Notes: a model not told the origin generated them from the letters alone. Shown: positions 38,687 to 49,468, numbered from the stretch's first letter. The stretch is 64,000 nucleotides of DNA from an uncultured Prolixibacteraceae bacterium (GCA_964461455.1 CAYWUJ010000008.1:1638-65637), one strand, 5' to 3'. Made by a program: numbers and translations.

Positions 38687-39127
38687 ATGAAGCACACCTT
38701 TTTATTTTTCTTTTTGCTCCTGTTTGCGGGAGCGGGTTTTGCCCAGAATGCCGATGCCATTGCCGGCATATGGTGGAACGATGAAAAAACCACGAAGATC
38801 AGGGTTGAAAAAAAGGATGGGAAATATATAGGAACCATTGTCTATATGATTCCTTCCAAGCTGGTGAACGGCAAATCACCCCTTGATGATAAAAATCCCG
38901 ATTCCGCCCTGAAGACGAGGCCGGTGATAGGCCTGCAGATCCTTTCGGGATTTGTATACAACGGGTCAAAAAAAGAATGGGCCAGCGGGAAGATCTATGA
39001 TCCTAAAACGGGAAAGACATACGACTGTTTTGCCCGTATGGACGGGGAAGTGCTGAAGCTGAAGGGTTATGTTGCCGGCATTCGTGCTCTGGGCCGTGAG
39101 TCGGAGTGGTACAGGACTACCCTCTGA
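38687..39127 (+). CDS. DUF2147 domain secreted protein
   Basis: Signal peptide; D.KNPD..L..RP.IG, GKIYDPKTGKTY.C and LKGYV motifs. Confidence 0.9.
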   Translation: MKHTFLFFFLLLFAGAGFAQNADAIAGIWWNDEKTTKIRVEKKDGKYIGTIVYMIPSKLVNGKSPLDDKNPDSALKTRPVIGLQILSGFVYNGSKKEWASGKIYDPKTGKTYDCFARMDGEVLKLKGYVAGIRALGRESEWYRTTL

Positions 39128-39189
39128 TCACACCCGGGGGACCCCCTTTCCCACTTCTCTGAGCTGTTTATCCCCATCATCTGGTTTTC

Positions 39190-39969
39190 TTATCCCGAAA
39201 CCTGGACCCTGAAACCGGCGGCTTCAGCCTGCCGGGCGATCCGTTCCAGTTGTCGGGCGGGTACCTTTTCGAGGGTATCGACCGGGGTATCGCGGGCGAT
39301 GGTGTAGATCATCACCATTGACGGCCTGATAATTTTCAGCAGCCCCAGCCAGGCCTCCACCTCTTCGGGGGTGGTATTGTCGATATTTTTCCCTTTATGG
39401 CTTCCCCTGATGAACATGGTTTGGATGGTCACCCTACCCGCGAAAGCGGTCAGTTGTTGCACCACTTCGGGAAGGCTGAATTTTCCTGTGGGGCAGTCGA
39501 GGGTCCTGATGGTCTCTTCGAAGGCGGAGTCTAGTTTCTGGATGTTGTCGTCGACTTTCAGCAGGGCGTCAAAGACCTCCTTTTTGTGGAGCATGGTGGC
39601 ATTGGAGAGGACGGCGATTCTGGCCTGCGGGGCATAGAGATCGCGTAACCTGAGGGTATCACCGATGATTCCGGCAAAATGGGGGTGAAGGGTAGGTTCC
39701 CCGTTTCCGGCAAAGGTGATCACGTCAGGAAGCCTTTTTTCTTCTTCCATTTTTCGGAGGGTCTCCTCCAGCCTGAGGGCCACATCCTCCCTGTCGGGCA
39801 TTTTCCCCCGGTTCTCCCCGCCCCGGGGATTCCTGCCGCATTCACAGTAAATACAGTCGAATGAGCATATTTTGCTGTCGGCCGGAAGCAGGTTGATTCC
39901 CAGGGAGACTCCCAGGCGGCGGCTGATCACGGGACCAAAAATGATCTTGTCAAAGAGAAAGGTAGCCAT
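39190..39969 (-). CDS. Radical SAM protein (uncharacterised Fe-S oxidoreductase family)
   Basis: FGPV.SRRLGVSLGIN, CSFDCIYC and GNGEPTLHP motifs. Confidence 0.88.
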   Translation of the reverse strand: MATFLFDKIIFGPVISRRLGVSLGINLLPADSKICSFDCIYCECGRNPRGGENRGKMPDREDVALRLEETLRKMEEEKRLPDVITFAGNGEPTLHPHFAGIIGDTLRLRDLYAPQARIAVLSNATMLHKKEVFDALLKVDDNIQKLDSAFEETIRTLDCPTGKFSLPEVVQQLTAFAGRVTIQTMFIRGSHKGKNIDNTTPEEVEAWLGLLKIIRPSMVMIYTIARDTPVDTLEKVPARQLERIARQAEAAGFRVQVSG

Positions 39970-40003
39970 GCTTTTGAGTTAAGGCTGCAAATATACAAAA
40001 TGA

Positions 40004-41197
40004 TCACGCCAACCGGGTGATGGTACTCCCTGAATCAAAGATGGTGCTGGTCCCTTTTCCCGGGGTAATGAGGACCAGTCCCGGCTTTTTCCCCGGTTCC
40101 AGGGAACCCAGCCTGTCGCCCATTCCCAGGGCCCGGGCCCCGTTCAGGGAGGCCCAGGTGAAAAGTTCTTCGTGGGGGATCTCAGGAAAGTGGCGATGAA
40201 GAGTCACCAGCTCGCGGAAGACGGAAAGGTGATGGTTGGAAGCCAGACTGTCGGTGCCGATGCAAACGGGGAGGGAATGGCTGCGGAACAGTCGGGCCGG
40301 AGGCAGCATACCCTCTATGTAAAGGTTGGAATTGGGGCAGAGGACCAGCCAGGTATTGCCATGAGGGCGCCCTTTCCTGATGACCTGAAGGTCAGCAGCC
40401 GAAGTGTGGGTATTATGGACCAGCAGAAGTGGCTTACCTGCCGGCAGCTTAGGGAGGACGGCCTCGAGGCTGCTCGTTCCCGGGGGCTGAAAATGCGAGA
40501 CATCAAGGCCCAGGTGATGGATGAGATGCTCCCTGACGGAACCGCTGCCGTTCCTGAAAAAGAGGTTCTCAGCCTCGCTCTCCTGGTTATGCATGGAAAG
40601 GATGCTGCTTTTTTCAAGGCTCAGGGCCGCGATGGCTTCAAAAAGGGGGTCGCTGACGGAATAGGGAGCATGCGGGACCACCGAGGCCTGAAGACCCAGG
40701 GAGAAAAAGGCTTGCCACACCGCCAGGGCCGTATCGAGGGCCCTTTTGGCCCGCGAAGGATGAAAGCCGAAGGCCTCCACGAAGGTAAACCATTCCAGGG
40801 AACTTTCCTTTTTTACCCCTGCCGTGATTGCGGTATTGGAAATGTCGCCCGCAGCTACGATTCCCTGGCGAATCATCTCTTCGGTGGCCTTCCTGGCTGC
40901 GCCGGTGATCTCTTCTTGAGAACCATTCCTGAGGCGGTTGACAGCCCCGATGAATCCTCCGATTCCCGTTCCTTCGGGAATCACCCCGCCCAGGTGGGAG
41001 AGTTCCAGATGCACATGGGCGTTGACAAACCCCGGAACCAGGATAGACCCCGGAAAATCGGTGACCCCGGGTGAGGCCATGGAATGTTCTGAGGAAGAGA
41101 CTTCAACGATGGTTCCCTCTTCGTCGACCGTTACCGTGCCCCGGGGCAGCGGCGCCCCGGCAAGCGTGTAAACCAGGGATGCAGAAAACTGCTTCAT
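40004..41197 (-). CDS. Amidohydrolase family (SsnA/deaminase-like)
   Basis: PGFVNAHVHLE, PHAPYS, HNQES and GTDSLAS motifs. Confidence 0.88.
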   Translation of the reverse strand: MKQFSASLVYTLAGAPLPRGTVTVDEEGTIVEVSSSEHSMASPGVTDFPGSILVPGFVNAHVHLELSHLGGVIPEGTGIGGFIGAVNRLRNGSQEEITGAARKATEEMIRQGIVAAGDISNTAITAGVKKESSLEWFTFVEAFGFHPSRAKRALDTALAVWQAFFSLGLQASVVPHAPYSVSDPLFEAIAALSLEKSSILSMHNQESEAENLFFRNGSGSVREHLIHHLGLDVSHFQPPGTSSLEAVLPKLPAGKPLLLVHNTHTSAADLQVIRKGRPHGNTWLVLCPNSNLYIEGMLPPARLFRSHSLPVCIGTDSLASNHHLSVFRELVTLHRHFPEIPHEELFTWASLNGARALGMGDRLGSLEPGKKPGLVLITPGKGTSTIFDSGSTITRLA

Positions 41198-41601
41198 TCC
41201 TGTGTGTTGGTAATATTAAGAGGCTGCTGCGCCTTTTCCTTCTGTTCACTCTCCATTTCCGTAAGTCGGTTAATCACCCTGGTGTAGATCTTCTCAAACT
41301 CCTTGGGCTTGCTGGAATAGTAAATCAGCGACTTCTCAAAAACAGAATCGGCCAGACTGTGTTTCCGGAGGATGGTATAGTAGAAATCGGATTCTGAATA
41401 AATATTCAGTTCCTTGCTCGAAAACCTTTTGGTTTGGTATACCGCTTCGGCAAGGTGCATGTCGGTCAGCACAGAAATCATCTTGTCGCGTTTCACCAGG
41501 TGGCGGGGTTTCTGTACCACTTCGTCATCACAGGCCATGGCCAGAAATGCAGTGACAACGATCAGGAAGACGGGTTTCAGCCGGAATCTGCAGATCTTCA
41601 T
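41194..41601 (-). CDS. DUF4296 domain lipoprotein
   Basis: Lipobox AMAC; KM..VL.DMHLAEA and F..SL.YY motifs. Start moved to ATG 41601. Confidence 0.8.
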   Translation of the reverse strand: MKICRFRLKPVFLIVVTAFLAMACDDEVVQKPRHLVKRDKMISVLTDMHLAEAVYQTKRFSSKELNIYSESDFYYTILRKHSLADSVFEKSLIYYSSKPKEFEKIYTRVINRLTEMESEQKEKAQQPLNITNTQE

Positions 41602-41796
41602 TTTTCTTTTCCTGAAGGCGAAGTTTTCTTCAGCAGGTGTAAAAATAGGAATATTTCCCTGAATTACGGCGGGGCATTCCTCGTATGCTCCGTGGCGGGG
41701 AGTTTTACTTCCGTAGGGAGTCATTCCTGCCGGCTCTGCGGCGGGGGGTGTTGTTCCCCGTAGTGAAGGACAGAGGGGGATTCTGATGGGAGAGAG

Positions 41797-43155
41797 TCAG
41801 TGGAAGAGTTTTTTGAACACCTCTTCGACGCGGGTGACCCTGATGATTTCCAGGGGGAAAGAAGCGGGGTCGTACCCTTTATTAAAGCGGGGCACGAAAA
41901 TCCTTGAGAATCCCAGGCGGGCGGCTTCGGCGATCCGTTGTTCCAGGCGGCCCACGGCTCTGACTTCCCCGGTGAGGCCCACTTCTCCGGCAAAGGCGTA
42001 GTGATGGTCGACGGCCAGGTCGAGGCTGGAGGAGAGGATGGCCACGAGTACCGCCAGGTCGGTAGCCGGGTCGGTAATCTTCAATCCACCGGCCACATTC
42101 AGGAATACGTCACGTGAGGCCAGCCTGAATCCCGCCCTTTTTTCAAGGACGGCGAGCAGCATATTGAGGCGGCGGAGGTCAAACCCCGTCGATGACCGCT
42201 GGGGCACTCCATAGGCGGCGGTACTCACCAGCGACTGGATCTCGATCAGAAAAGGACGCACTCCTTCAATGGTGGCCGCAATGGCCGTCCCCGATACCGG
42301 TCCGGTATCGCCTGAGATGAGGTGGTCGGAAGGGTTGGGGACTTCCACAAGACCGTTCTGGCGCATTTCAAAAATCCCCAGTTCCGAGGTAGAGCCGTAC
42401 CTGTTTTTAGTTGACCGCAATACCCTGAAATAGTGCTGGTTGTCACCCTCAAACTGGATCACCGTGTCGACGATGTGTTCCAGCACCTTGGGGCCTGCCA
42501 GGTTCCCCTCCTTGTTGATATGGCCGATCAGGATGGCGGTCATGTGGGATCTCTTGGCATACCGCAGTATGGCGGCGGTACACTCCCTGACCTGGCCTAC
42601 TGATCCCGGCGAGGATTCTATTCTGTCGGTGGCCAGGGTTTGTATGGAATCGACCACCAGAATATCCGGTTTATGCTCTTCCACCACGGCCATCATCATT
42701 TCAAGGGAGGTCTCAGAGAGAAACAGCGCTCCTTTCCCTTTCAGGTTCAGCCGGTTGGCTCTTAGTTTGATTTGCTGGAGGCTCTCTTCGCCCGAGGCAT
42801 AGAGGATTTTTTTCCCTTTCATGGCGAGGGCCAGCTGGAGGACCAGGGTTGATTTTCCAATTCCCGGTTCTCCGCCCAGGAGCACCAAAGACCCCGGAAC
42901 CAGTCCGCCCCCCAGTACCCTGTTGAATTCGGAGATTCCCGTGTCGATGCGTTCCTGGTGGAGATTGGAGATTTCTTCCAGGGGCAGGGGGATATGGTCA
43001 CCGGTGACCACGGGCATTCCCCCTGATTTCGGTGAGGTGTCCACGATCTCTTCGACATAGGTATTCCAGAGGTTGCAGGCAGGGCAGCGGCCTATCCATT
43101 TGGGAGATTCGGCGCCGCAATTCTGGCAGGTATAGATGGTTTTGAGCTTTGTCAT
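41797..43155 (-). CDS. radA: DNA repair protein RadA/Sms
   Basis: C..CG....KW.G.CP.C zinc finger, Walker A GEPGIGKST, KNRYG and a Lon-like C-terminus. Confidence 0.97.
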   Translation of the reverse strand: MTKLKTIYTCQNCGAESPKWIGRCPACNLWNTYVEEIVDTSPKSGGMPVVTGDHIPLPLEEISNLHQERIDTGISEFNRVLGGGLVPGSLVLLGGEPGIGKSTLVLQLALAMKGKKILYASGEESLQQIKLRANRLNLKGKGALFLSETSLEMMMAVVEEHKPDILVVDSIQTLATDRIESSPGSVGQVRECTAAILRYAKRSHMTAILIGHINKEGNLAGPKVLEHIVDTVIQFEGDNQHYFRVLRSTKNRYGSTSELGIFEMRQNGLVEVPNPSDHLISGDTGPVSGTAIAATIEGVRPFLIEIQSLVSTAAYGVPQRSSTGFDLRRLNMLLAVLEKRAGFRLASRDVFLNVAGGLKITDPATDLAVLVAILSSSLDLAVDHHYAFAGEVGLTGEVRAVGRLEQRIAEAARLGFSRIFVPRFNKGYDPASFPLEIIRVTRVEEVFKKLFH

Positions 43156-43652
43156 TTTCCCTGGAGTCTGAGTTTTTCGATGAGCAGGGTGGTGGAGAAC
43201 CCGGGAACCAGTTCCATGGTTTCCACGCGTCCTCCGGCAGCGATGACGGCATCGTAGCCGGCGATAGCTTCGGGGGCGTAGTCATTTCCCTTGACCAGGA
43301 GGTCGGGGAGGAGGGTTTTGATCATTTCCAGGGGGGTGTCTTCTTCAAAGATGACGACAGCGGCCACCGGTTCCAGGGAAGCCAGCATCCAGGCCCGGGA
43401 TTCCTGGCCGGTCAGTGGCCGGCCGGGCCCTTTGAGGCGCGCCACCGAGGCGTCGGAGTTCAGGCCTACCACCAGGCGGTCACCGCGGGAGGCCGCCCTG
43501 GCCAGAACCTCGGCATGCCCCCGGTGAAGAAGGTCAAAGCATCCATTCGTGTATACGATCTTCTCGCCGGCAGCCCTCCATCTCTTGTACACCGGGAGAA
43601 AAGCCGCAGTATCTCCGAAAATTTTCGCCTCTATCTTCCTGATATGGTCCAT
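43152..43652 (-). CDS. rfaE2: RfaE2/HldC-like nucleotidyltransferase (heptose-1-phosphate adenylyltransferase-like)
   Basis: TNGCFDLLHRGH, VGLNSDASV.RLKG.GRP, VKG.DY and STT motifs. Confidence 0.88.
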   Translation of the reverse strand: MDHIRKIEAKIFGDTAAFLPVYKRWRAAGEKIVYTNGCFDLLHRGHAEVLARAASRGDRLVVGLNSDASVARLKGPGRPLTGQESRAWMLASLEPVAAVVIFEEDTPLEMIKTLLPDLLVKGNDYAPEAIAGYDAVIAAGGRVETMELVPGFSTTLLIEKLRLQGK

Positions 43653-43784
43653 CTTTGAACTTTTTCATAAAAATAGTTAAAAACCTTTCAAAATGGGCGC
43701 CCGGGGAGCCTTGCCCCTGATTAAATTGATTTTCCGGATATTTTCGTTAATTTTGCACTGATTTTAACTACATTGAAGAAGGTG

Positions 43785-44585
43785 ATGGAAAACAAGAGAA
43801 TTCTTTATATTTCACAGGAAATCACCCCTTACTTACCCGAAAGCGAGATGTCTGAAATTTCACGTTACCTCCCTCAGGGTGTTCAGGAGAGGGGGCGGGA
43901 GATCAGGACGTTCATGCCCCGATACGGGTGTGTCAATGAGCGGAGAAACCAGTTGCACGAAGTGATCAGGTTATCAGGGATGAACCTGGTCATCAACGAT
44001 ACCGACCATCCGCTGATCATTAAGGTGGCATCGATCCAGTCGGCGCGCATGCAGGTTTACTTCATAGACAATGAGGATTACTTTCACCGGAAGTGCGTGA
44101 TGTATGATCCGGAGAACAACTTTTTCGACGATAACGATGAGAGGGCCATATTTTTTGCCCGCGGGGTTTTGGAAACAGTCATCAAGTTGCGCTGGGCCCC
44201 CGACATCATTCACTGTCACGGATGGCTGACCTCCCTGGTCCCCCTGTATATCCGGAAATATTATCATGACGACCCTCTCTTTGCGCAATCAAAGGTGGTT
44301 TACTCCGTTTATAACGACGATTTCGCCGGCGCCCTGAACAAAAACTTCAGGAAGAAGCTGATGCTGAAGGGAATCATGGGTAGCGATGTGAAGACGCTCG
44401 ATAATCCCACCTATGTCAATCTCAGCAAATTAGCCATTTATCATTCCGATGCCGTTATTCAGGGAACGCAGGAAATCAATCCCGAGCTGGCGCAGTATAT
44501 CGGCGAGTCGGGCAAAAACTTTCTGGAATACCAGGGAAAAGAAAACTATATTGATGTTTACAATGATTTTTATGACAAAGTCTGA
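43785..44585 (+). CDS. Glycogen/starch synthase N-terminal (Glyco_transf_5) domain-only protein
   Basis: FMPRYG..NERRNQLHEVIRLSG, DNDER..FF and PDIIHCHGW motifs; only ~266 aa. Confidence 0.85.
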   Translation: MENKRILYISQEITPYLPESEMSEISRYLPQGVQERGREIRTFMPRYGCVNERRNQLHEVIRLSGMNLVINDTDHPLIIKVASIQSARMQVYFIDNEDYFHRKCVMYDPENNFFDDNDERAIFFARGVLETVIKLRWAPDIIHCHGWLTSLVPLYIRKYYHDDPLFAQSKVVYSVYNDDFAGALNKNFRKKLMLKGIMGSDVKTLDNPTYVNLSKLAIYHSDAVIQGTQEINPELAQYIGESGKNFLEYQGKENYIDVYNDFYDKV

Positions 44586-44616
44586 ACACTATTCCTGTTT
44601 TTCATTTTCGCGGTTT

Positions 44617-45924
44617 ATGAAGAGGATCTATCTCTTTTCTGGGGTCATCATGGCGATGGCTGCTTTCTTCCTGGTTTCCTCCTGTAATGATCCCGGAATG
44701 GCAGGCATTGAATTGCTGCCGTCAACCGATCTGATCAATACGCGCAACGTGACGGAGAAGAGCGCCATTCGTGCTTATTCCTTCAGTGATGATTCCCTTC
44801 GTACCGACGAGTCGTCGACGAGTCTGCTCGGGGTGTTCAACGATCCCGTTTTCGGGAGGACCACTTCTGACCTGGCCCTTCAGTTCCGTCTCAACTCATT
44901 TCCCGATTTCGGAAGTAATCCGGTACCCGATTCGATATTCTTATACTTTTATTACCGGATGGTTTACGGCGATACCTCTTCGGTACAGAAGCTGGAGGTA
45001 TACGAACTGGAAAACACCCTGGACCCCGACGCCAGTTTTTACCACGATGCTGATCTTTCGGCTTTTGCCTCCCCGGTAAAGCTGGCGGAATATGATTTCA
45101 AACCGGAGGTGAAGCTCGACTCGACGTACAACGATACCGTTTACCAGCTGGTGGGCATCAGGCTCGACCAGTCGTTGGCCCAACGGCTGATATCAGCCGA
45201 TTCGCTCGACCTGGTCAATAACGAAAAATTCCTCAATTTTTTCAAGGGATTATATATCAAACCGGCCAGTACCCAGGGCCAGGGAGCCATCGTTTCTCTG
45301 AGTCTGCTGGGATCTACCAACATGAGTGCCGCGGCAGTGGTCCTTTATTACCATAACAGTGAAGACACGACCAACCTGGCCCTTTACGTCACTGAATTCA
45401 GCGCCCGGGTCAACAGTTTTCATCACGATTACTCAGGTACGGCCTTCCACTCGAAGCTTAACCAGGAGGATACTTCCGACAGTCTCCTCTATATCCAGTC
45501 CACAGGAGGCATCCAGTCCAAGATTTATCTTCCCTTCCTGGAGGGGTGGAGAGACTCTTCCCGGGTGGCCATCAACAAGGCCGAGCTGATCTTCACCGTG
45601 GATACCATTGCATCCGATTTCCGGAAATTTCCCCTGCCCGACCAGCTCTTCCTGACCTATATCAGTGATGACGGAAAAGAGTACCTTCCCAAGGATTACT
45701 CTTTCCTTCCGGCTTATTACGGGGGATATCTCTATGAAGACTTCACCTATCGTTTCAATATCACGCAGCATATGCAAAGTATCGTCGATGAGGAGACCCC
45801 CAACAAGGGGTTTTATCTGACGCCTACCAACAAAAACAGCGAGATGCGCAGGGCGGTGCTCAAGGGAGCCACCAGTGCCAGCGGAGTGAGGATGATCATC
45901 ACCTATTCCAAGTTTAACCAGTAA
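44617..45924 (+). CDS. DUF4270 family lipoprotein
   Basis: Lipobox VSSC, LLG.F.DPVFG.T, F...FKGLYI, INKAEL and Y.FNITQHMQ motifs; sits between the GT5 gene and glmS. Confidence 0.8.
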   Translation: MKRIYLFSGVIMAMAAFFLVSSCNDPGMAGIELLPSTDLINTRNVTEKSAIRAYSFSDDSLRTDESSTSLLGVFNDPVFGRTTSDLALQFRLNSFPDFGSNPVPDSIFLYFYYRMVYGDTSSVQKLEVYELENTLDPDASFYHDADLSAFASPVKLAEYDFKPEVKLDSTYNDTVYQLVGIRLDQSLAQRLISADSLDLVNNEKFLNFFKGLYIKPASTQGQGAIVSLSLLGSTNMSAAAVVLYYHNSEDTTNLALYVTEFSARVNSFHHDYSGTAFHSKLNQEDTSDSLLYIQSTGGIQSKIYLPFLEGWRDSSRVAINKAELIFTVDTIASDFRKFPLPDQLFLTYISDDGKEYLPKDYSFLPAYYGGYLYEDFTYRFNITQHMQSIVDEETPNKGFYLTPTNKNSEMRRAVLKGATSASGVRMIITYSKFNQ

Positions 45925-45936
45925 CAGAACAGTCCT

Positions 45937-47775
45937 ATGTGCGGTATCGTAGGTTATATCGGGAATAAGAATGTATTTCCGTTGTTGATCAATGGTTTGA
46001 AGAGACTGGAATATCGCGGATATGATTCTGCAGGCATAGCTTTGTCGAATCATGAATTCAGGATATTCAAAAAAATGGGGAAGGTATCGGAGCTTGAGAA
46101 TTTTTGTTCCGACAAGGATGTGACGGGAACCGTGGGCATTGGGCATACCCGGTGGGCCACCCATGGGGAGCCCAATGACAGGAATGCCCACCCCCATACC
46201 TCCCAGAAAGGAAAGTTCACCCTTGTTCACAACGGGATCATCGAGAATTATGCCGAGCTGAAGAATGACCTGGTCCGCCGCGGATATTCCTTTGTCAGTG
46301 ATACAGACACGGAAGTGCTTTCGAACCTGATGGAGTATTTCTATGATTCCGGGGAAGAGATCACTGCCGAGATGGCGGTAAGGCTGGCTCTTTCCAGGGT
46401 GGTAGGAGCTTACGGGATTGCTGTTTTGGCAAAAGATGAACCTGAGATGCTGATTGCCGCCCGCAAGGGAAGTCCCCTGGTCATCGGGATTGGCCGGGGA
46501 GAGTATTTCCTGGCCTCTGATGCGGCTCCCATTGTTGAGCATACCGATCATATGGTCTACCTCAACGATTACGATGTGGCCATCATGGAAAAGGGGTCCC
46601 TGACCCTGAAGAATATCGAGAATAACCCGGTCACCCTTAAGATCCAGCAGGTCGACATATCGATCGGGGCTTTGGATAAGGGACCCTTTGAGCATTTTAT
46701 GCTCAAGGAGATCTTTGAGCAGCCAGCCACCATAGAAGAGACTTTTCGCGGGAGGCTCAGGACGGGTCAGGCGGAGATTGTTCTGGGAGGATTGATGGAT
46801 GTGATGCCTGAGCTGGTAAAAGCCCGGCGGATCATTATCCTTGGTTGCGGCACCTCGTGGCATGCCGCGTTGATCGGGGAGTACCTGCTCGAGGAGTATG
46901 CCCGCATTCCCGTGGAGGTGGAGTATGCCTCGGAATTCAGATACCGGCATCCGGTGATTTATCCTGGTGATGTGGTCATTGCCATCAGCCAGAGCGGCGA
47001 AACTGCCGATACCCTGGCGGCGGTAAAGATGGCCCGTGAAAATGGGGCTCTGGTGCTGGGAATCTGTAATGTGGTGGGCTCCAGTATCTCACGGGAGACG
47101 GTTGCCGGAGTTTATACCCATGCGGGCATGGAGATAGGCGTGGCTTCCACCAAAGCTTTTACGGCACAGGTGACGGTTCTGACCCTTCTGGCCCTGAAAC
47201 TCGCCCATGACCGGCAGGCCATTCCGGAACCCCTCTACCAGGAACTCATCGGGGAGCTGGCGGCCATCCCGGAAAAGGCACGCACCATCCTGAACCACCA
47301 TATGAAGGTGAAAGAAGTGGCCGCGGAAATTATGCAGGCCGGTGATGCCCTCTATCTCGGCCGGGGAATCCTCTTTCCCGTGGCTCTCGAAGGAGCCCTC
47401 AAACTCAAGGAGATCTCCTATATTCATGCAGAAGGGTATGCTGCCGGCGAGATGAAACACGGTCCCATTGCCCTGGTCGATGACAACCTTCCCGTGGTTG
47501 TGGTGGCTCCCCGTGACCACTATTATGAGAAAATCATCAGCAATATCCAGGAGGTCAAAGCCCGGAAGGGACATATTATTGCCGTGGTGACCGAAGGAGA
47601 TGCCGCGATGAAGGAGATGGCCGGTTATGTGCTGGAAATCCCTGCTTCACATCCTGCCGTTACCCCTCTCCTGTCCATCATTCCCCTGCAATTGCTGGCT
47701 TATTACATTGCGGTCATGAGAGGCTGCAATGTTGACCAGCCCAGGAACCTCGCCAAATCGGTGACCGTGGAATAA
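45937..47775 (+). CDS. glmS: Glutamine--fructose-6-phosphate transaminase
   Basis: MCGIVG, HTRWATHG, SQSGETADT and PRNLAKSVTVE motifs. Confidence 0.98.
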   Translation: MCGIVGYIGNKNVFPLLINGLKRLEYRGYDSAGIALSNHEFRIFKKMGKVSELENFCSDKDVTGTVGIGHTRWATHGEPNDRNAHPHTSQKGKFTLVHNGIIENYAELKNDLVRRGYSFVSDTDTEVLSNLMEYFYDSGEEITAEMAVRLALSRVVGAYGIAVLAKDEPEMLIAARKGSPLVIGIGRGEYFLASDAAPIVEHTDHMVYLNDYDVAIMEKGSLTLKNIENNPVTLKIQQVDISIGALDKGPFEHFMLKEIFEQPATIEETFRGRLRTGQAEIVLGGLMDVMPELVKARRIIILGCGTSWHAALIGEYLLEEYARIPVEVEYASEFRYRHPVIYPGDVVIAISQSGETADTLAAVKMARENGALVLGICNVVGSSISRETVAGVYTHAGMEIGVASTKAFTAQVTVLTLLALKLAHDRQAIPEPLYQELIGELAAIPEKARTILNHHMKVKEVAAEIMQAGDALYLGRGILFPVALEGALKLKEISYIHAEGYAAGEMKHGPIALVDDNLPVVVVAPRDHYYEKIISNIQEVKARKGHIIAVVTEGDAAMKEMAGYVLEIPASHPAVTPLLSIIPLQLLAYYIAVMRGCNVDQPRNLAKSVTVE

Positions 47776-47813
47776 GCTGTAGTTATGACCTTTCGTGTTG
47801 AAATATTCCGGTC

Positions 47814-48386
47814 ATGATCACCTTCTCCCAGTTGGTCACTTTTTTCATGATTGCCGTCGGGTTAAGTTTCGACTCCTTCGCCGCTTCCATTTCCATGGGG
47901 GTCGTTCAAAAAAAGATACGCTTCATTCAGGCCTGCGGGGTCGCTTTTTCCCTGGCCTTCTTCCAGGCCCTTTTCCCGTTGGCGGGATGGCTGGTAGGCA
48001 GCTCCCTCCAGAGCCTCATCGAAGGGTTTGATCACTGGATTGCCTTCGGCCTTCTGGTATTTATCGGCATCAGGATGATTCTCGACGGCTTCCGTGAGAA
48101 ACAGAAAGAGAAAAGTTTCGATCCCTTTGTATTCAGGGTGCTGATCGGAGTATCGGTGGCCACCAGCATCGATGCCCTGGCGGTAGGACTCAGCTTTGGC
48201 TTTACCAATGTGCACATCATCTTTCCCCTGCTGGTCATCTTTGCCGTTACTTTCATCGTGGCCATGCTGGGACTCCTCTTTGGAAAGAATATTCCCGGTG
48301 AAAAAAGCCACAGAAGCGTCATCGTCGGAGGCATCATCCTGATCCTGATCGGGGTGAAAATCCTGGTGGAACACCTGACCGCATGA
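47814..48386 (+). CDS. mntP: Manganese efflux pump MntP family
   Basis: LSFDSFA, DHWIAF.LL and ATSIDALAVG motifs. Confidence 0.88.
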   Translation: MITFSQLVTFFMIAVGLSFDSFAASISMGVVQKKIRFIQACGVAFSLAFFQALFPLAGWLVGSSLQSLIEGFDHWIAFGLLVFIGIRMILDGFREKQKEKSFDPFVFRVLIGVSVATSIDALAVGLSFGFTNVHIIFPLLVIFAVTFIVAMLGLLFGKNIPGEKSHRSVIVGGIILILIGVKILVEHLTA

Positions 48387-48454
48387 TTCCCCGGGGAAGT
48401 ATGGCAGGAAAGTTATGGTAATGGGCTATTTTTGCCTTCTGAAAGCAGAAAAAA

Positions 48455-49468
48455 ATGAAGATAGGAGATATTGAACTGGGTCATCTGCCTCTTTTTCTGG
48501 CGCCCATGGAGGATGTGACGTACAAGTCATTCCGTTACATGTGCAAGAAATTCGGGGCCGATGTGATGTATACCGAATTTGTCAATTCGGATGCGTTGGT
48601 CAGGAATGTGGCCAAGACGAAGCTGAAGATGGCCTTGTTTGATTTTGACCGGCCGGTGGCCATCCAGATTTACGGCCATGATCCTGAAGCGATGGCCATA
48701 GCAGCGAAGGTGGCCGAAGAGGCGGGTCCCGATTTTATCGACATCAATTTTGGTTGTCCGATGAAGAAGATTGTCAGGCGTGGTGCCGGAGCTGCTCTTT
48801 TACAGGATTTGCCGGCGATGCAGCGTATGGCCACGGCGGTGGTCAAAGCGGTGAAACTGCCGGTGACTGCCAAAACGCGCCTGGGGTGGGACGAGCACGA
48901 CAAGCCTGTGGTGGAAGCAGCCCTGCGTCTCCAGGATGCCGGTATCAGCGCACTGGCGATCCATGGCCGCACACGCAGCCAGCTCTATAACGGACCGGCC
49001 GACTGGTCCCTTATCGGGGAGGTGAAGAACCATCCTCACATCCATATCCCCATTATTGGCAACGGGGATATCAAAGGACCCCAGCGTGCCCAAGAGTTGT
49101 GGCGTCAAACGGGAGTCGACGGCCTCATGATCGGCCGTCCGGCCATCGGCCGCCCCTGGATATTCAGGGAAATAAAACACTACCTGGCCACCGGGGAGGT
49201 TCTTCCCCCTCCTTCCGTGGAAGAAGTGGTCGAAAATGTCAGGGAGCAACTTCATCTGAGCATCAGCTGGAAAGAGGACGAACGCCGGGGGATCCTGGAA
49301 ATGCGTCGTCATCTGGCCAGGTATTTTCCCCACCTCCCCAATTTCAGGGAGCTGAAAATCGCCCTCCTGCAGGCCGAAGACCACCAGACGGTAAATCAAC
49401 TGCTTGATAAAATCGCAGTACAATACCGTGGCATGAAAGTTGATTATACTGATGTCACATTGAATTGA
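48455..49468 (+). CDS. dusB: tRNA-dihydrouridine synthase
   Basis: LAPME, DINFGCP, IHGRTR, GNGDI and MIGR..IGRPW motifs. Confidence 0.92.
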   Translation: MKIGDIELGHLPLFLAPMEDVTYKSFRYMCKKFGADVMYTEFVNSDALVRNVAKTKLKMALFDFDRPVAIQIYGHDPEAMAIAAKVAEEAGPDFIDINFGCPMKKIVRRGAGAALLQDLPAMQRMATAVVKAVKLPVTAKTRLGWDEHDKPVVEAALRLQDAGISALAIHGRTRSQLYNGPADWSLIGEVKNHPHIHIPIIGNGDIKGPQRAQELWRQTGVDGLMIGRPAIGRPWIFREIKHYLATGEVLPPPSVEEVVENVREQLHLSISWKEDERRGILEMRRHLARYFPHLPNFRELKIALLQAEDHQTVNQLLDKIAVQYRGMKVDYTDVTLN

